A DNA stretch of 64,000 nt from Heteronotia binoei. Lineage: Eukaryota. The notes below the pieces were generated by a model. The model ran no database searches and had not been told where the DNA came from. It worked only from the letters and a program-made list of their open reading frames with translations. Position 1 is the first letter of the stretch; each line of letters begins with the position of its first letter. Made by a program: the position numbers and the translations under genes. This document shows, piece by piece, positions 11,785-24,562 of the stretch. The stretch spans positions 63,674,001 to 63,738,000 of the forward strand of contig NC_083223.1 in assembly GCF_032191835.1 (NCBI RefSeq). Direction: 5' to 3'.

Positions 11785-11941
11785 ATGCAGTTTACTGGAA
11801 GAGGGAGACGAAAGTTTTCAAGGCTGGCAGGTGATGCACGAGGAGATCTGTATCCTCATAGCCTTCAATTCTACCTGCAACCTCCTACTGAAAATATCTC
11901 TCTAGTGGAATTTGAAAATTTTGCTGTTGATAGACTTAAAT
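11785..11941 (+). CDS. PRIM2: DNA primase large subunit, first coding exon (157 nt CDS; exon starts 11770)
   Basis: [52 protein letters not shown] matches the vertebrate PRIM2 N-terminus. Acceptor ttgtag at 11764-11769, donor gtgagt at 11942. Confidence 0.97.
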
Positions 11942-12229
11942 GTGAGTATCATGTTAGAGTAGGAATGAACACAAGTTTGTGCTCTCTGTCCTATATTTTG
12001 GTACAACCCTGTTTTGTGAAATTTTATTGTTCTTCAGTTGTTTTCACTGCAGTAGTCATACGGAAGAGATTTTTAGATATATTGACTCTTGTTTTTCCAT
12101 AAAATTATCACTGTAACATTCTTTCTAGAGTCTAGTTTCCATTCATGCAGCATAATTTCATATGTGAGTTTGATAATCCGCTAACCCAATCCAGCACCAT
12201 TGCTTACCTCTTGTTCTTGTGTTTTGCAG

Positions 12230-12333
12230 TGCTTAAATCAGTTGAAAATCTGGGTGTGAGTTATGTGAAAAATTCTTCAGAGTACAAAAGCAAACTGGAA
12301 ACAGAACTTCGAAGACTTAAATTTCCATACAGA
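12230..12333 (+). CDS. PRIM2: PRIM2 coding exon 2 (104 nt)
   Basis: LLKSVENLGVSYVKNSSEYKSKLETELRRLKFPYR; ttgcag acceptor, gtaagg donor, phase-compatible. Confidence 0.97.
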
Positions 12334-12693
12334 GTAAGGGCAATTAAAATATTTTAAGGCTCTGAATACAGATTTTGTGTTTCACATGTAGTTGAAATAT
12401 CAGCTGGGTGAAAATGTTGTTCTGATGACACCTGTGGCACTCACAGAATCTTGCAGACAGAAAGTTGATGAGCTCCCCCCCCCCCCCGCCATAATTCTGT
12501 GAAATTTAGGATGGGTCGTAGATCAAGAAAGGGGACCTCGGTGATAGCTGTTGTATGCTTCTGATGTGTTCATTGGCCTTGGCATATATTTTTGATGCTG
12601 CTGCTAGACATTGCTGTGGCACCTCTTATGACCCCTCCCCCCTTCCTCCCCATGTATTGGTACATCAATAAATGCATGTATTTTTGTAATTAG

Positions 12694-12773
12694 GCACTGG
12701 TTGAAGATGATTATGAAGCAAGAAGAAAAGATCATATTTCTCATTTCATACTGCGTCTTGCCTACTGCCAATC
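12694..12773 (+). CDS. PRIM2: PRIM2 coding exon 3 (80 nt)
   Basis: [27 protein letters not shown]; aattag acceptor, gtatgt donor. Confidence 0.97.
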
Positions 12774-13529
12774 GTATGTATCCTTCCTATTTAGCATGTA
12801 ATGAGATGTACACATGCAAAAGTGATATATGGGTTTTAAAGTTTACATATTCATATATTTGGAACCATTTACTGAGCAACATTCTACAGCCTTTTAAGAC
12901 AGAGGTTGTCAAGGAACAACTCTGTTTATGGCTCTAATTAGATTAGACCATCATTCCATGCAGTTACATGGGTCTCCACAGAGTTACCCAGAGCCTCCTG
13001 GAAACCAGCAGGATTCACTGATGTTAGGGGGCAGAGCATCTGAATTGGTCCATGTGATGCCCCTTTCCACTCACATGGAGTGTCTATCACCCTCAGCAAC
13101 CCCTTTCTCTCAGGTTCAGGGTTATCATTAGAGCAGCTACCCTTGTCTCTTAAAATATACAGAGATCCATGTCCATTTCACACCTCTTTCATTCCCAGAG
13201 ACATTTGCAGGCTGGGTAGCCAAGACCCGTTTAATAATAAGCCCTCGCTTACACAGAGCTTTTAGGGTTGAGGCTAAAACACTGTTCTAATTGCTTGCTG
13301 CCACCATTTATTTAGAAAAGTTATTAAACTTTTCTTTATGATATTAACAAAACACTGAGGAAAGAGGTGAACCATATCACTTCCACTGAAGTTGAGTGAG
13401 TCATAGAGACGATCTCACTCCAGTCTTTTCCACCTACACTGGATCCCAGTTTGCTTCCTGGCTCAATTTGGTGTGATAAAGGCCTGTATGACTTGGGGCC
13501 AGCATCCCTCCAGCACTGTCTACTCCCAT

Positions 13530-13700
13530 ATCAACCAAGCTGCTCATTCCAGTCATTTTTCAGGGTCCTGCTTCAGTGAGGCCAGGTGGATACCTACCTG
13601 AGAAAGGGACTTCTTGGTCGTGGTGCCCACACTCTGGAACTCTCTTATTAGGGAGATTTATCTGTCTTACCTTTGTCTTTTGTTAGCAAGTTAAGCAGTT
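13530..13700 (+). mobile_element. Old L2 3' fragment
   Basis: Degenerate L2 C-terminal motif (gtggtgcccacactctggaactctct, ...PTLWNSL). Confidence 0.45.
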
Positions 13701-14274
13701 TTAACATTCCTTCGTTAACAATAATTAGCCCTCCTCCTTCTTAGTTTATATGCTTTATTTTTTTCAAATGTATGTTTTAATCTGCATTTTGAACATTGGT
13801 TTATTTGCTGCCTTGTGGGATTCAGAGTTGGGTGGAAAGGCAGCATACAAATGCTTTAAATAATAAATCACTCCTGTGTAGAGATGCACACAGACCTCAT
13901 AGGAAGGCTAGTGTTCCTGAAAACTACCATAGTGGCTTTAAAAAAATAATTCTGACATCTGTGTTTCTTAATTCATTATATTTTAATTCATTCTAGATGT
14001 GCTATTTTTGGTTCTTTATTCCTAGTGTCTCTGCAAATATAGATGCTTAAATTTTTAAAATAAATAGTTATAAATGTTTGAGGCAGTGTTCAAGTTGAAG
14101 TCAATGTAAGGAGTGATTTTTGAACTAAGGTGGCTGTGTTAAATAAAACTAAATACTTTCCCTCTGTTTAGTGGTTCAATAGTGCCACCAAGAGGCAAAA
14201 GCTTGCACTGTCAGTCTGTTCGCAAAATTTTTTCATTCAGAATTATTTTCTATTGCAGCGGGACATCATCATCA

Positions 14275-14491
14275 GGGAGGGACGGTGGCTCAGTGGTAGA
14301 GCATCTGCTTGGGAAGCAGAAGGTCCCAGGTTCAATCCCTGGCATCTCCAAAAAAGGGTCCAGGCAAATAGGTGTGAAAAACCTCAGCTTGAGACTCTGG
14401 AGAGCCGCTGCCAGTCTGAGAAGACAATACTGACTTTGATGGACCAAAGGTCTGATTCAGTATAAGGCAGCTTCATATGTTCATATGTTCA
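14275..14491 (+). mobile_element. tRNA(Ala-like)-derived SINE (Squam2-like) with CR1-type tail
   Basis: A box tggctcagtgg, B box ggttcaatcc, (catatgtt)n tail. About 4 differences from the copy at 55698. Confidence 0.85.
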
Positions 14492-15127
14492 TCTATTTTC
14501 TATGAAATGACAGACTATTTGCCCATGCATGAGTGATTAAGCTGTTTTTCTCATATTTACTGTATGTGTATATACTTGCCTTAAAACTAAAGTTGCAGTT
14601 CTATTCCCATGTATTATATAACATGTAAGGAAAATATGTAAAGGCTTTCCTAAAAATTTGCTGCATTTGGTACGTTCTGTAGGCGTTCTTTCAGTAAGTA
14701 GAACCAGTGAACTCTGTGAGTTAGTGGAAGAGATATTAGGATTAGACCCCAGTATAGGAATAAACTATCAGGTGCTTTAATATTGAAATCTTGTGTTAAT
14801 GGTTTGGATCTGAGCAGAATAGAAAAGACAGAAAAACTGCAGTTCTATCATATGTTGAACTTTGCATTGGCATCTCAGTATAGTAAAATTTATTTTGTTA
14901 TCCTAATCCATCATTAATTTTGCACTAGGAGGACTGAGCTGGCGGAAGATCTCCTAATATATGTTGACAGAAATTCTTGGCTTAGCAGTCACATTTCACT
15001 TCTGAACTTCAGTGATTGCAGATTGCTTACTAAGCTCTTCACTGTTCTGTTAGTTGTCTGGGTCTATGGCTTCTTCAGTCAACTGTATTGCTTGTTTGCT
15101 GCTTTAATCCATTAGAGGCTTTTCAGT

Positions 15128-15390
15128 GAGCCAGTCTGGTGTAGTGGTTAAGTGTGCGGACTCTTATCTGGGAGAACCTGGTTTGATTCCCCGCTACTTC
15201 ACTTGCACCTGCTGGAATGGCCTTGGGTTTGCATAGCTATCGCAGAGGTTGTCCTTGAAAGGGCAGCTGCTGTGAAAGCCCTCTCAGCCCCACCCACCTC
15301 ACAGGGTGTCTGTTGTAGGGGGAGAAGATAAAGGAGATTGTAAGCCGCTCTGAGTCTCTGATTCAGAGAGAAGGGCGGGGTATAAATCTG
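15128..15390 (+). mobile_element. tRNA-derived SINE (Squam3-like)
   Basis: gagccagtctggtgtagtggttaag...gggcggggtataaat, full length. Confidence 0.88.
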
Positions 15391-16864
15391 CTCTCCTCTG
15401 ACAAGTTTTAAATGGAATTCATTAGGCCTGTGTTCTGAATCCCTTAGATCAGGATTTCCCAATGCCCATCAGTATTTCCTCTGGAGCCTGCTGAGCTCTT
15501 CAGAAGGTGGGCAGGGCCTTTGCAAAGCATGGTTTGTTATTGGCTACCTGTGTTCCAGTGGAAGAGTTTTCCACAGAGAAGTCTGTCACAAGAAGATCAG
15601 GGGGACTAATAAGCATCCAGATTTATGGTTCCATTCCAGGTTACTTTCTTTTTGTTCCCCCTTATTTATCCCCCTGCCAGTCTTTCTTTTGTTTCTGTTT
15701 ATTCTCTTCTGCAATTCTTTTGCAAAGTGAGGAAGGCAATGTCACAATATTGCCCTAAGTCTGTGTGTTCTCACATGCATGTTGTGTGTTTGCTTGCATG
15801 CAAAAGCACGTTTGCTCTTCCTGCTCACCCCAAGATATAAAATGCAGCCTCTCAAGTAACCAATGCATTGGGGTACTCTGGCAAGGCTGCCTTTGAGTAA
15901 GTACAAAGAATAGAGCTGGTGGTTACTTTAGCTCCCCCTGTGTGTCAGCATCCTTAATGTGTAAGAGTGGTCTTTGGTGTGCGGGTGGGATTTCAAATGC
16001 AGTTTGCTTTTTTAAACAAGAAAGAAGCTTTATTACTAAAGATTAAACTGGAGCACATACATTGAAAATAGCTATTATAGCAGGAAAATACGTATCTAAC
16101 AAAATAGAAGGAAAATACCAATCTGCGTTACAAGACACCCCCCCCACCTCCTTGCTGTCCTCCTGACAGAGGAGAACCCCAGTCATAGCATCTGAGTGAA
16201 GTGTTTGAACACAAAACAAAGGAAAACTTGTGCCTACCTAGGTAAAAACCTCCTATCCCCATATCCAGAGTTAGGAGTCCAGCCCCCCCTGGGAGATGCT
16301 CAGTACTCTGCTAATGAGGTCCTCTGGCACATAGCTCTTGTCCCTCTCTCCCTGTTCAAGTTTTATGATGCACATCCATCAAATCCCTTTTGGCAGGTAG
16401 GCACAAGTGGTCTGCTTTTCCCACTGAACCCAAATCTTTGTTTTTCTGACTCTCCCTTGAAAATAACTGTTACCACAAGTTCAGGGACCCTGATTATAAT
16501 CTGCAGTACTGTGCTTGGCTATGCCTCTGTAGCAGCTAATTTGGGGCAGTTCTCCCCACCCCATCTCAAAATCCCAAAAGTGCCTGCAGGTTCAAAAAAG
16601 TGGAACAAACGTGGTTCTGAGAATAGAAATGTGTCAGTAAGCTGTTAATTTGTATTTAAACTTTTAATGATATCTAGATAACTGTGCTGTAGGTTAGATC
16701 TGAGGTGTATTTCTGATGACTAAGGAATGAATACAGGGACTCATTCAATGTGTAGAAGATTCCTTTGTAAACTTAAGGGTGCCTTCTGGATCCATCCCTG
16801 TGTATTTTAAATCACAATTGCTGAATTAAATGTGTTTGAATATGTGCTAAATGTTCTATTCTAG

Positions 16865-16985
16865 GGAGGACCTCAGACGGTGGTTTATCCAACAAGAAAT
16901 GGACCTCTTCCGCTACAGATTCAATCAGTTAAATGACCAGTTGGTTGAAAAATTCCTTGAATATGTTAATTTAGCATATGATGCA
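16865..16985 (+). CDS. PRIM2: PRIM2 coding exon 4 (121 nt)
   Basis: EDLRRWFIQQEMDLFRYRFNQLNDQLVEKFLEYVNLAYDA; ttctag acceptor, gtaagt donor. Confidence 0.96.
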
Positions 16986-17319
16986 GTAAGTACCTTGTAC
17001 CTAAATGTTTTCATGCAGTATTTTTTTTTAATCTAGGATCTTTAACTATAGTATCTGACAACATAGAAGAGCTCAGGATGTGGCTGAATGGTTGAATGTG
17101 GCTGAATGAAGCTTGCAATTGTCTCCTCCCCACAATATAATTTCTGCTTCCTAATAATACTACATGTGAATAGAAACCAATTTTGGTCTGATGGATCTTA
17201 AATGTCCTAAATCTTACTGCCTCTGGTACCAAAAACAGCAAAGATGCAGGTTAGCAACATAAAGACAAGTCTTTTTGTTGTGAGAAAAGAAGTCTCTTCA
17301 CACGTTTAGAGAAATACTG

Positions 17320-17512
17320 ATCACCACTTTGGGTCAGGAAGCAATTTTTCACCAGGCCAGTTTGGCCAGGGATCCTGGAGGTTTTTAGCCATCTTTTGGG
17401 CATGGAACAGGAGTCGCTGGGTGTGTGTGTGGGGGAGGTCTTTGTGAATTTCCTGCATTTTGGTTAGACTAGATGGCCCTAGATGTCCCTTCCAGCTCTG
17501 TGATTCCAAGTA
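17320..17512 (+). mobile_element. CR1-type 3' end fragment (second family)
   Basis: Ends gactagatggccctagatgtcccttccagctctgtgattc, the classic CR1 3' terminus. Confidence 0.55.
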
Positions 17513-17708
17513 TACTGCTATCAGAAAATGTGTCCAGATGTGTTACCCAATCAAGCTCCTGGCTTGGTTTTCCCAAAGAATGTTCTGCCTGTGAGGATAT
17601 TAATTTTATGTTGCCTTGAGCAGGTCTTTAGAGAGGCAGAACATAAATTTTCTGAATAAATTTGGCTTGTGGAGACCTAAATGCCAAATTAGACCAAAGC
17701 AGGTAGAG

Positions 17709-17843
17709 CAGGGGTGGCCAACGGTAGCTCTCCAGATTTTTTTGCCTACAACTCCCATCAGCCCCAGCCATTGGCCATGGTGGCTGGGGCTGATGGGAGT
17801 TGTAGGCAAAAAACATCTGGAGAGCTACCATTGGCCACCCCTG
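17709..17843. mobile_element. 135-bp palindromic hAT MITE
   Basis: caggggtggccaa...ttggccacccctg, nearly fully self-complementary. Perfect 8-bp TSD aggtagag. Confidence 0.92.
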
Positions 17844-18224
17844 AGGTAGAGCATTTTTTCTGTGAAACAATTTCTTGTTTTAGTCTGTCATCTTTTATTT
17901 CTTAGGTTATACCTTGCTTTAGGTTATAAAATACATACTGATAACCATTGTACTTTATTCAAAATTTATGATTGATTAGCTATGTTACCTCATGTGTCAA
18001 TTGGGGTTTCAAGTTCTTACTGAAACATTAAATTGAGTTGTTTCTGGAGGACAATGAAACTCACAGCCCTCTTGGCTTTACTAGTTTTCCACACGATGGG
18101 CAGATAATGTTTAAGAGAAGTGACTAGACCAAGGGTAGCCAAACTTGTTTAATGTTAAGAGACACATAGAATAAATGTCAGATGTCTGAGAACTGCAAGA
18201 CATGAACAAATATTACAAACATGT

Positions 18225-19375
18225 TTAATTTATTTAAAACCCTGACCAGCCCCATAAGTGGGCTCAGGACAGCTTACCACATAAAACCATCAAACAATAA
18301 AAAATAATAAAACAATTAATGGCAGCAACAGAAGATAACCAAAACCCATGCTTCATGTCAGGCAGAAATAGGTACCCCAAGAAACTCTAGTGCCCAAATA
18401 ATACCCAGAACAAGCAAGGGCACTGGGAAAGGGGAGGCCAGAATGGTTGAACATCCCCTGCATCAACCAAAGACCTGGCGGAACAACTCTGTCTTACAGG
18501 CCCTACAGAACTGTGATAGGTCCTGCAGGGCCCTGATCTCAAGTGGGAGCATGTTCCACCAGGCCAATGGTCGAGACTAAGCAGATGTCCATCGGGCCAT
18601 GGACCACCAGGAGGTGCAGATCGGTCAGAAGAGTGTAAAGCTCTTGGGCTCATATGGGGAGAGGCGGTTCTGCAGGTATGATGGTCCCAGGCTGCATAGG
18701 GCTTTGAAAGTCAAATCCATTATCTAGAACCAGATTCGGTATTCAATCAGCAGCCACTGCAGTAGGCACAACACTGGCTGAATGTGTGCCCACGCAGGCA
18801 TTGCTATCAGTAGGTGTGCTAGTGCATTCTGCACTAGCTGCAATTTCCGGATCAGACTCAAGGGTAGCCACATGCAGAGCAAGTTACAGTAATACAGCCT
18901 GAAAGTACCCAGTGCATGATCACTGTAGCTATGTGCTATAGGGCAGGGGTGGCCAACGGTAGCTCTCCAGATGTTTTTTGCCTACAACTCCCATCAGCCC
19001 CAGCCAGCATGGCCAATGGCTGGGGCTGATGGGAGTTGCAGACAAAAAACATCTGGAGAGCTACCGTTGGCCACCCCTGACATAGAGGATCAGTTGCCTG
19101 ATTATCTGAAGTTAATAAAAGGCTGATATAGCATATGAAGTGACCTGGGCCTTCATAGAAAGCAAGGAATCCAGCATCACCCCAAGACTCCTTACCCTCG
19201 ACTGTGGCACCAGTGGTGCCCCACCAAGACCAGGAGCCTGATTCTCAATCCCAGACCCTTGTGACTCTAGTACAGAATCTCCATCTTTGTTGCATTGAAC
19301 CTCAGCCAGCAGTGCTGCAACCATTTAACCACAGCTCCTAATGCTCTGTCCAGAATATCTGGGGTGGAGTATTAA
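18225..19375 (-). mobile_element. L2 3' fragment interrupted by a MITE
   Basis: Minus-strand L2 motifs (SLGVMLDSLLSMKAQV; VQNALAHLL; WLLIEYRIWF). Confidence 0.65.
18944..19079. mobile_element. 136-bp palindromic hAT MITE, second copy
   Basis: Near-identical to 17709-17843. The TSD is degenerate. Confidence 0.9.
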
Positions 19376-19808
19376 AACTCTTAATACTTTCTTTGCTCAG
19401 AAAGGTAAAGTACATGTTATGCATTTTACAGCATGACTTAAACACACACACAAAGCTGGAAATAACAGTCCCCATAAGATCAGCATAGGGAAAGATTAGG
19501 AAATTATTTTTTTACACCAGTGGGAGAAGGAAACACATGTAAACATATAAATCACACACCACCATATGTATCCTTATGCATCCCTCTTTGTCTTGATACC
19601 AAGGTTAGTAAATACAGCTTCTACAAGACCTGTGAAACTAAGGGAGAACTCTGCACCACCCTCTTTAATAATGTTCCTCCTTCCAGTGGGACAGCCTAAT
19701 GGGGGGGGAGGCACCTGAGAAAAGATGTGGTAACATAGGTGAACCAAGGGACACCACAACTTCACCACCACTTCCTCAGCTGCCCAGAACCTGGTGGGAG
19801 ACTAGTTA

Positions 19809-20538
19809 AACATGCTAGGAATTATTAGGAAGGGAATTGAAAACAAATCAGCCAGTATCATAATACTCCTGTATAAATCAATGGTGCAATCTCATTTGGA
19901 ATACTGTGTACAATTCTGGTCACCACACCTCAAAAAGGATATTATAGCATTGGAAAAAGTCCAGAAAAGGGCAACTAGAATGATAAAAGGTTTGGAACAC
20001 TTTCCCTATGAAGAAAGGTTAAAATGCTTGGGACTCTTTAGCTTGAAGAAATGTCGACTGCAGGGTGACATGATAGAAGTTTACAAGATTATGCATGGGA
20101 TGGAGAAAGTAGAGAAAGAAGTACTTTTCTCCCTTTCTCACAATACAAGAACTCGTGGGCAAATGAAATTGCTGAGCAGTCAGGTTAAAATGGATAGAAG
20201 GAAGTACTTCTTCACCCAAAGGGTGATTAACATGTGGAATTCACGGCCACAGGAGGTGGCGGCGGCTACAAGCATAGCCAGCTTTAAGAGAGGATTGGAT
20301 AAAAATATGGAGCAGAGGTCCATCAGTGGCTATTAGCCACAGCATATTGTTGGAACTGACTGGGGCAGTGAGGCTCTGTATTCTTGGTGCTTGCGGGGGG
20401 GGGGAGTGGAAGGGCTTCTAGTCCCACTTGTGAACTTCCTGATGGCACTTGGAAGTTTTTGGCCACTGTGTGACACAGAGTGTTGGACTGGATGGGCCAT
20501 TGGCCTTATCCAACATGGCTTCTGTTATGTTCATATGT
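19809..20538 (+). mobile_element. CR1 LINE 3' fragment
   Basis: ORF 19812..20336 (MLGIIRKGI...HLEYCVQFWSPHLKKDI...KVQKRATRMIKGLE...FFTQRVINMWN); ttatgttc tail. Confidence 0.95.
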
Positions 20539-20548
20539 AAACCACTTA

Positions 20549-20815
20549 GAATCAGAAGAAGGGATTGGGTTTATACCCCACCCTTCACTCAGTCTCAGAG
20601 CGACACACGATCTCCTTTCCTTTTTCCTCCCCACAATAGACACCCTGTAAGGTAGGTGGGGCTGAGAGAGCTCTCAGAACTGCTTTTGAGAGAACAGCTC
20701 TGAGAGAACTTGTGCCTAACCCAAGGTCACACCACCAGCTGCACGTGGAGACGTGGGGAATCAAACCCGGTTCTCCCAGATTAGAGTCTACACTCTTAAC
20801 CATACCAAAATGGCT
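20549..20815 (-). mobile_element. tRNA-derived SINE (Squam3-like)
   Basis: Same head, body and tail as the other copies. Confidence 0.8.
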
Positions 20816-23800
20816 CTCTTCTAAAGCCTAGGAGGGGGATGCAGCAGTTCCCCCATGCTCAGCAGGCCCGCAAACCTGTCAGGGGACAATAGCGCTTGGT
20901 CAGCCACAGCCCCCAGCTTCCAGACCTGCACCAGCTGGCCAGCCAAGGCAGGGTGGCAAGCCTCTTCTATCAGTGCCATTGCTTGTCTAGGGTGCAGGGC
21001 CTGCCATTGGCCATCCCAGTGCACCTCTCAGAGGAGGTCTGAGGACAGCCATCACCCTCCCTCCAGTCCCAACACTGTTGTTGCTTGCCATGCTAACAGC
21101 TACCACTGGTGCTTGCCCTCTCATATTCCTTTTCTCACTCATTGCTCTTGGCAGTGGCTGCTCTGTCCATCCATCAGGGAAAGGCTGGAATCCTGAGTGC
21201 ATGTCCAGCCAGACTCGGCAGTGCAGCTAGTGGCTTCTCTCCCCTAAATGCTCGATTTTCTCCCTTGGCTTTGTGCTCTCTTTCCCCAGTCCAGGTCTCT
21301 AGGCCACCTCTGTGGTAGTGGAGAAGAGCTTGCAAGCCTGCCTATTTCCCCCTCCTTCTCCGCTTCACACACAGTGGAAATAGTCACCTACCTATGGTAA
21401 GCACTCAGAGGCTGACTGAGGTCCTGATGCTGTGCACATTTACTTGAGAGTAAGCCTGCGCTAAGTTCCTCCTCAACCTTCTGGAGCCACATGTGGATCC
21501 TGAGCTGTGGTTTGACCACCCTTGGACTAGACATTTTTAGAGGTAGTTAAGATGCTTATCTTTAAGGCTTCTTCCAGCATTACCAATTTATACATGGATG
21601 AATTTAAAAACTTTGTTTTTAGTGAACAGATTTCACTCTGTTGTATTTAGTGTGAGCTCTGTGGGAGCAAGAAATCTTGCTGAATGGCATTATTTGGTTC
21701 TGCCTCCATTTCCTTGATTTAAGATAAACAGCTTCTGTTTGGTCACTTCAGCTATTCAGTTATATTTAACTTCACATACAGAAACTTGATCTACCTATTT
21801 TTATTTAAATTAGTATGCTAGACAGTATGATCAAGAGTAAAGCTTACTTGGGGCCTGTGCAGTTTCTTTTTTTTAAAAAAAGCTACATTGGAAGTGTAGA
21901 GAATACTTAGGCTGGCCATTTTTACAAAGGGAGACTGAACAAGAGAGAGGGAGTTGAGAGTCGAGTGCTGATAGGTCTTGCGAGCTGCTGTAAGAAGGAG
22001 CTTGACTAAATTTTTTGCCTTTATATTTGTTCTGAAGGAAGAAATATATGGAGGGGCTGGGTTAAAATGAAGTTTGAAGGTCAGCTTGCTGACAAAGTTA
22101 TTATAGTGTGGTACGAGTGAATGGCAAAGGTTAACAAGATTTGTATGAAGGCTTCTCTTCAGTTACACTTTTGTTTCCTAAGAAAAAGGTCAAAGCTCCA
22201 ATAGTGGACAACCTGATAAACAATCTGTGAGAGGCTGCAGTTCAAAGCCTTTAATGATAGCATAATACAATTTCTATCATCCCAAAGGAATTGGAGAAAA
22301 AAAGCATTGCAGCTTTCGCTTTTGAACTTCACTACCTCTTTGTGTGAAGCTGGTAGATTCATCCATAAGAAATGGACTAGTAAAATATGTTCTCATTCAC
22401 AGAGAGCTTTTAAAAACTTAGAACTATGATGTCTCTCTTAATGCACAGGGTTGGAGTAATGCTTCCCTTTTGCAATGCTCACCTTTCTCTACTCTTAATT
22501 TATTGAGCATCCTATTTCCAAATATCAAAGGGAGCAGACTGCTCTGTTTAGATTTGTTTATAAAGTTATGATTGTTATAGCTTGTTAGTGGTTTCCACAA
22601 GTCTGGCTTGGAATTAATGCCATAGTTCTGTATAGAACTTTTTATTAGATGTGTAGCACAAATTCTGCTTCAGCTATATTTGTGGATGAAAAGCTTCCAT
22701 ATATTTCCATCTATGCTTTTAGGCTTGTTTGCGGGAGTGAGCATTTGAAATGCTGCTCTTGACATTTTAAAAAATTACAAAATTGACATGCAGAACTTGT
22801 TTCAAGCATAGATATTGCTCAGGAACCACTAAAAGAATAAATGTGGGTGCTTTTGGTGACAGGCAACATCAAAATTTTCGCCCATGTAAACACAGGGGGT
22901 ACAATTTGATATACTTTTAGGATTAAATCTCTGCAGTATTAGCAGGTCCAACTTTAGTATCTCAAATTCTGACTGTGAAGGAAATATAGTAGTTATTTTG
23001 GTAACAAACCTTTCTGAGATGTTGAACTGCCTTTGCTCCTGTTACTTTTATCAGTAAAGAATATAATAGATTTTTTTTTTAAAAAAAAATGAAGAAGCAA
23101 TGTTTCATGGTCACGAAACTCTATATGGACCATGAGATAACATGCTTCCCCATCCCCCATATGTCTAGCCTTTCACCAAGCACCAATATGTCTAATTAAG
23201 ACAGAGCTCAGCAACATTATTATGAGCAACAACCCTGTAACGGTGATTGATGCAAGTGGGAAGAAGAGGAACAACTTTGTGTGGCGGGAGAGTATGAACC
23301 TCATTCTGGGTTGTATTCAGACTAAATTTTCCGGTGGGAAAATGGAACTTTGCTGCCTCTCCCCACCCCCTCCACCGCAGCCCACTGATCTCTGTGTAGT
23401 GCTGCTCCTAGGGGGCAGGGGACCTGGAGGAACTGGTGTTTTGAGGGAGGCTCAGTAGTTAGAACTAAGGACACTCTAGTTAAAACTGTTCCTGAGTAGC
23501 TGGGCCTGCCGAAAACATGTTCTCTCACAGGAAAAAAAAAAGTTCCAGGCAACTTTTGAAATTTTTAAAAATAGGAGTACAGCAGTAAACAGTGACAAAC
23601 ATGGTTGAGGATGGCAAGCAAGTTTGTTCCTTCACATCATTGTGTTTTTCCTTTTGTAGGATAAAGAAACAGCTCTTAATAACATAGCAACATCACGTTC
23701 ACTCTGCTTTGTTCCACTAAAGAGTGCAGTCCTTATTAAGTAGGCTTTGGTTCTCAGGGAGACATCCTGACCTTGACACAAACTCAGATATCCACATCTT

Positions 23801-24431
23801 TGCTTGGATTTTATGCTTTGCACTCCAAGGTAATCTGGGTCACAGGGATGAGAAAATTGATCAGTATTCACAATGGAAAATTCTGGTTGAGGCCTGTCTG
23901 GCACAGAATGTCATGTAGAGAGTCTGCAGTGGGAGGGGCAATCAGTTAAAATTGCCAGCTTATTCTGGATTCAGCCCACTGTTCCCACTACCTTAACAGG
24001 GCAAGATATGTTCATTTCCACAATCCAAAGAGGAGATTACATTGAAATAGGAGGGATAAAAGGAGCTAAACCAAGATTTTCAGTCATCTTGAAGCTTTGT
24101 CAGGAGAAAATATGAGTTCAGGTTACTCTCCCAATCTCAGTGCTGCTACAGGTGTGTTGTATCTTGCATTAATTCTGATTTTATTGACATGTTTGAATTT
24201 TACTTTTAGCAATGAAAAGACTGCCTTTTGTAATTTAAGTCACCATGAAAAGCAAAATGTATACTTAATGTGCTGTAATTGAACTTGAGTTTTATAGTAG
24301 TTAGCTCCTGAAGCAATGCCACCTTGGGACGGAGGGAATTTATTGAATTGGGCAGAACTTTTAAGTTTATGTGGATGTTGTCAAAACCACCTTAAGTTTA
24401 CTGAAAGTAGCATAAGAATTCAAAATGTGTT

Positions 24432-24519
24432 ACATAAGAACATAAGAACATAAGAGAAGCCATGTTAGATCAGGCCAATGGCCCATCCAGTCCAACATTC
24501 TGTGTCACACAGCGGCCAA

Positions 24520-24562
<43 letters not shown>

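Noticed and set aside
11942-12102. C-terminal extension of ORF 11776..12102
   Set aside because: Read-through into the intron past a canonical gtgagt donor. PRIM2 similarity resumes at 12230.
14275-14350. tRNA gene (cloverleaf with apparent GGG anticodon), also at 55698
   Set aside because: The acceptor stem is mispaired and the head is fused to an identical SINE body and tail in two places, one with a TSD. It is a SINE head.
21830-22470. Possible old LINE fragment (also 48700-49250)
   Set aside because: No diagnostic motif could be read with confidence.
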